From assembly GCA_963845565.1 (NCBI GenBank), contig CAWJSJ010000002.1, forward strand, positions 1,568,001 through 1,632,000: DNA of 64,000 nucleotides, in the 5' to 3' direction. The position numbers were made by a program, and so were the translations under genes. Shown piece by piece: positions 61,904 to 64,000 of the stretch. This DNA comes from an uncultured Methylomirabilota bacterium (lineage in GTDB: Bacteria; Methylomirabilota; Methylomirabilia; Methylomirabilales; 2-02-FULL-66-22). The notes beneath the pieces were generated by a model that was not told where the DNA came from, searched no databases, and saw only the letters and a list, made by a program, of their open reading frames with translations. Each line of letters starts with the position of its first letter. The stretch's first letter is position 1.

Positions 61904-63106
61904 CTAGGTCAGCGTGAGGAGCACGACCTCGGGCGGGGCGTTCAGGCGAATCGGGGTCCAGGCGGTGCCGATGCCGCGGGTCCCGTACGCGTGGGAGGCG
62001 TTGAGGCGATAGAGGCCCCCAGGGTACGGGCTCAGGAGGTGGGCCACGCTCAGCTCCAGGCCGGGGAGGTTCACCCGGATCTGGCCGCCATGCCAGTGAC
62101 CGGCGAGCGTCAGGGGAACCCCGTGACAGGCCGCATCCGGGAAGATCTCGGGGTAATGCGATAAGAGGAGCGTCGGGGTGGACGGATCGAGTCCGTGCAA
62201 CGCCGCTCCAAGATCCGGCCGCCCGCTCTCGAGGTCGTCTATCCCGGCAACGGCGAACGGCCCCTGGTCCGTCTGGATGACGCGATGGGCATTGTTCAGC
62301 AGCGCGATCTGCTGCGCGCGAAAGACGGCCTCGATCTCGCGCGGGTTCCCGTACCAGTGCTCGTGGTTTCCCAGGACGGCAAAGGTGCCGTAGCGGGAGC
62401 GCACCCGCGCCAGCTCCTCGGCGCACCCGTACAGGAACGACATCGCGTTGGAGATGAAATCCCCGGTGAGGACGAACAGGTCCGGCTGGAGGGTATTCGC
62501 CAGGTCGGCATAGTCTTTCACTGCATCGCGCGTCATGTACAATCCGGCGTGGATGTCGCTGAGGTGGACCACGCGCAGCGAGCGGCCGAACGGCACGGAG
62601 AGCTCGGTGACCCGATACGCCCTGGTGGCGTATGCCGAACGGTATCCCACAAACACGAAAGGGGCCGAGGCGAGGCCGGCCAAGCCGGCCTGGAGCAACC
62701 GACGCCGGTGGATGTCTCTCGGCGCCGGCGGCGCGGCCCCCGCCGCACGCCTCGAGAGCCGGGAGGCGAGATGGCGCAGGCGGCTGGCGGCTCGAAGCAG
62801 GCACAGCACCACGGCGGAGAGTATTGACCCGTAGTTCCACACCACCGCCGGAAACAGCAGGCCGACCTGGGCGGCGAACGGGGGCTCCACCCAGGGCAGG
62901 CGGGCGAGCACGACGTAGGCGTGGAGCACCCACAGGCACGCGATGGCGGCGCCGACGTACCACGTCGCCCGCGACCGGAATCGCGCGGACCACGCCGAGG
63001 CCCGGAGGGCCCGGCGGACCTGGAGGAAGAGGTAGATTTACGCCAGGGCCCCGACCAGCAGGATGGCCGGGCGAAAGAGCAAGAGAGCGGCACCAAGCGC
63101 GTGCAT
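61904..63106 (-). pseudogene. Membrane-associated metallophosphoesterase (YkuE/YaeI-like) with in-frame TAA at codon 23
   Basis: SDIH, TGDF, LGNHE, LLSH, GHWHGGQ; ATG 63106 with GGAG is in frame, stop at 63038-63040. Confidence 0.7.
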
Positions 63107-63207
63107 GCGGCGGACTCCGGTTCAAATGCTTGCTGCGACCCGGAAGATATGAGAACCTCCGGGCATGCGCAAGCGCCTCTGTCTGGAAGCCATGCGAAGG
63201 AACGGAT

Positions 63208-63663
63208 ATGCAACCGGAACCGGATGTGAGCAAGGCCAGGCAGCTCCGCCCATCGGTGGCGGCGATCATCCCCAACGACGACGGGCACGTCCTGTTGCAG
63301 CGCCGATCGGATAACGGCCTGTGGGGCCTCCCCGGCGGCGGGGTGGAGATCGGGGAATCCGTCTCGACCGCCATCGTCCGGGAGGTCCAGGAAGAGACGG
63401 GGCTGACCGTGATGATCGAACGCCTGGTGGGGGTGTATTCCGACCCGCGGTTTCAGGTGGTCCGGTACGCGGATGGGAATGTCGTGCACTACATCAATAC
63501 CCTCTTCGTCTGTCGCATCGCGGGAGGGACGCTCCAGACCTGCGAGGAGACCCTGGATCTCCAGTTCTTCGACCCGGCGCACCTCCCCGAAGGAATGCTT
63601 CTCTCGCACCGGATCCGGGTCCAGGACGCCGTGGCCAACCGCCCCGAGGGGTTTATCCGGTGA
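63208..63663 (+). CDS. NUDIX hydrolase
   Basis: WGLPGGGVEIGES...AIVREVQEETGL Nudix box. Confidence 0.93.
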   Translation: MQPEPDVSKARQLRPSVAAIIPNDDGHVLLQRRSDNGLWGLPGGGVEIGESVSTAIVREVQEETGLTVMIERLVGVYSDPRFQVVRYADGNVVHYINTLFVCRIAGGTLQTCEETLDLQFFDPAHLPEGMLLSHRIRVQDAVANRPEGFIR

Positions 63664-63670
63664 ATCCGGT

Positions 63671-63808
63671 AGCCCGCATCATTCGCGAACACAACTCGAG
63701 AACAATGCGGGCTTAATAAGAACCCTGCATCCTCCCGCTGCAGGCGGGAATGGCTGCTCGTCCGGTAAGCCCGGATTATTCACGACGGAGTCGTGAATAA
63801 TCCGGGCT
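63671..63808. repeat. Two related palindromic units (63671-63713 imperfect; 63768-63808 perfect 19-bp stem)
   Basis: AGCCCGCATCATTCGCGA...TCGAGAACAATGCGGGCT and AGCCCGGATTATTCACGAC-GGA-GTCGTGAATAATCCGGGCT. Confidence 0.75.
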
Positions 63809-63925
63809 GGGCAGTTAGGCCGGTTTCGAGCCGGCGGGCTTGCCCGCTGACACCGCACGGTCCGCGCGGTCTCTGGCGATCCCGATTCCTCTCGTTGCTT
63901 CCTGTCCCCCCTCGCCCTTTTGGTT

Positions 63926-63954
63926 TTGACAGACCATTTCCGCTATGGTATCTA
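63926..63954 (+). promoter_or_regulatory. Possible sigma70 promoter for a gene beyond the window
   Basis: TTGACA-N17-TATCTA with TG extension; -10 imperfect. Confidence 0.4.
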
Positions 63955-64000
63955 ATTGCCTCGTTTGTTTATCCTGATAACCATACAGGACCGCCGCGGG

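Noticed and set aside
60324..63374. 1,016-aa kinase ORF, 839-aa MFS ORF (17277-19796) and 661-aa aminotransferase ORF (30818-32803) as long proteins
   Set aside because: N-terminal extensions are off-frame readthrough of neighbouring genes; the family domains begin further downstream, with an RBS-supported start for the kinase

Overview
High-GC bacterial chromosomal window. The taxon cannot be fixed from sequence alone; gene and repeat content suggests a diderm such as Methylomirabilota/Rokubacteria (inference). Bases 1-43.7 kb hold housekeeping and metabolic genes: tctCBA, pcrA, gatCAB, uxaC, four tandem MFS paralogues, AsmA-GT4-LysR-asnS, a Cld/ChdC-family gene, glgC, two methyltransferases, a stand-alone JAB protein, tRNA-Ala(CGC), pyrE-like, radC and an NRAMP-related/MgtE-N Mg2+ locus. 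Intergenic DNA is crowded with two families of non-coding inverted-repeat elements (about 152 bp and about 100 bp); the larger family sits directly against stop codons. Heptamer/octamer repeat tracts are also common. Bases 44.4-59.1 kb carry the most interesting locus: a small cohesin-like PEP-CTERM protein directly upstream of a roughly 4,500-aa secreted repeat protein that begins with a dockerin-like module and has no anchor of its own. This suggests a cellulosome-style cohesin-dockerin tether for a giant adhesin (hypothesis). The giant gene contains three 1,644-bp tandem units, each with an NHL propeller inserted into an Ig-like domain, and many frameshifts that are probably assembly errors. 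The right end has a cupin, an orphan antitoxin, a membrane pseudokinase, a metallophosphoesterase with an early in-frame stop and a NUDIX hydrolase. No CRISPR array, rRNA, transposase or integrase was seen.
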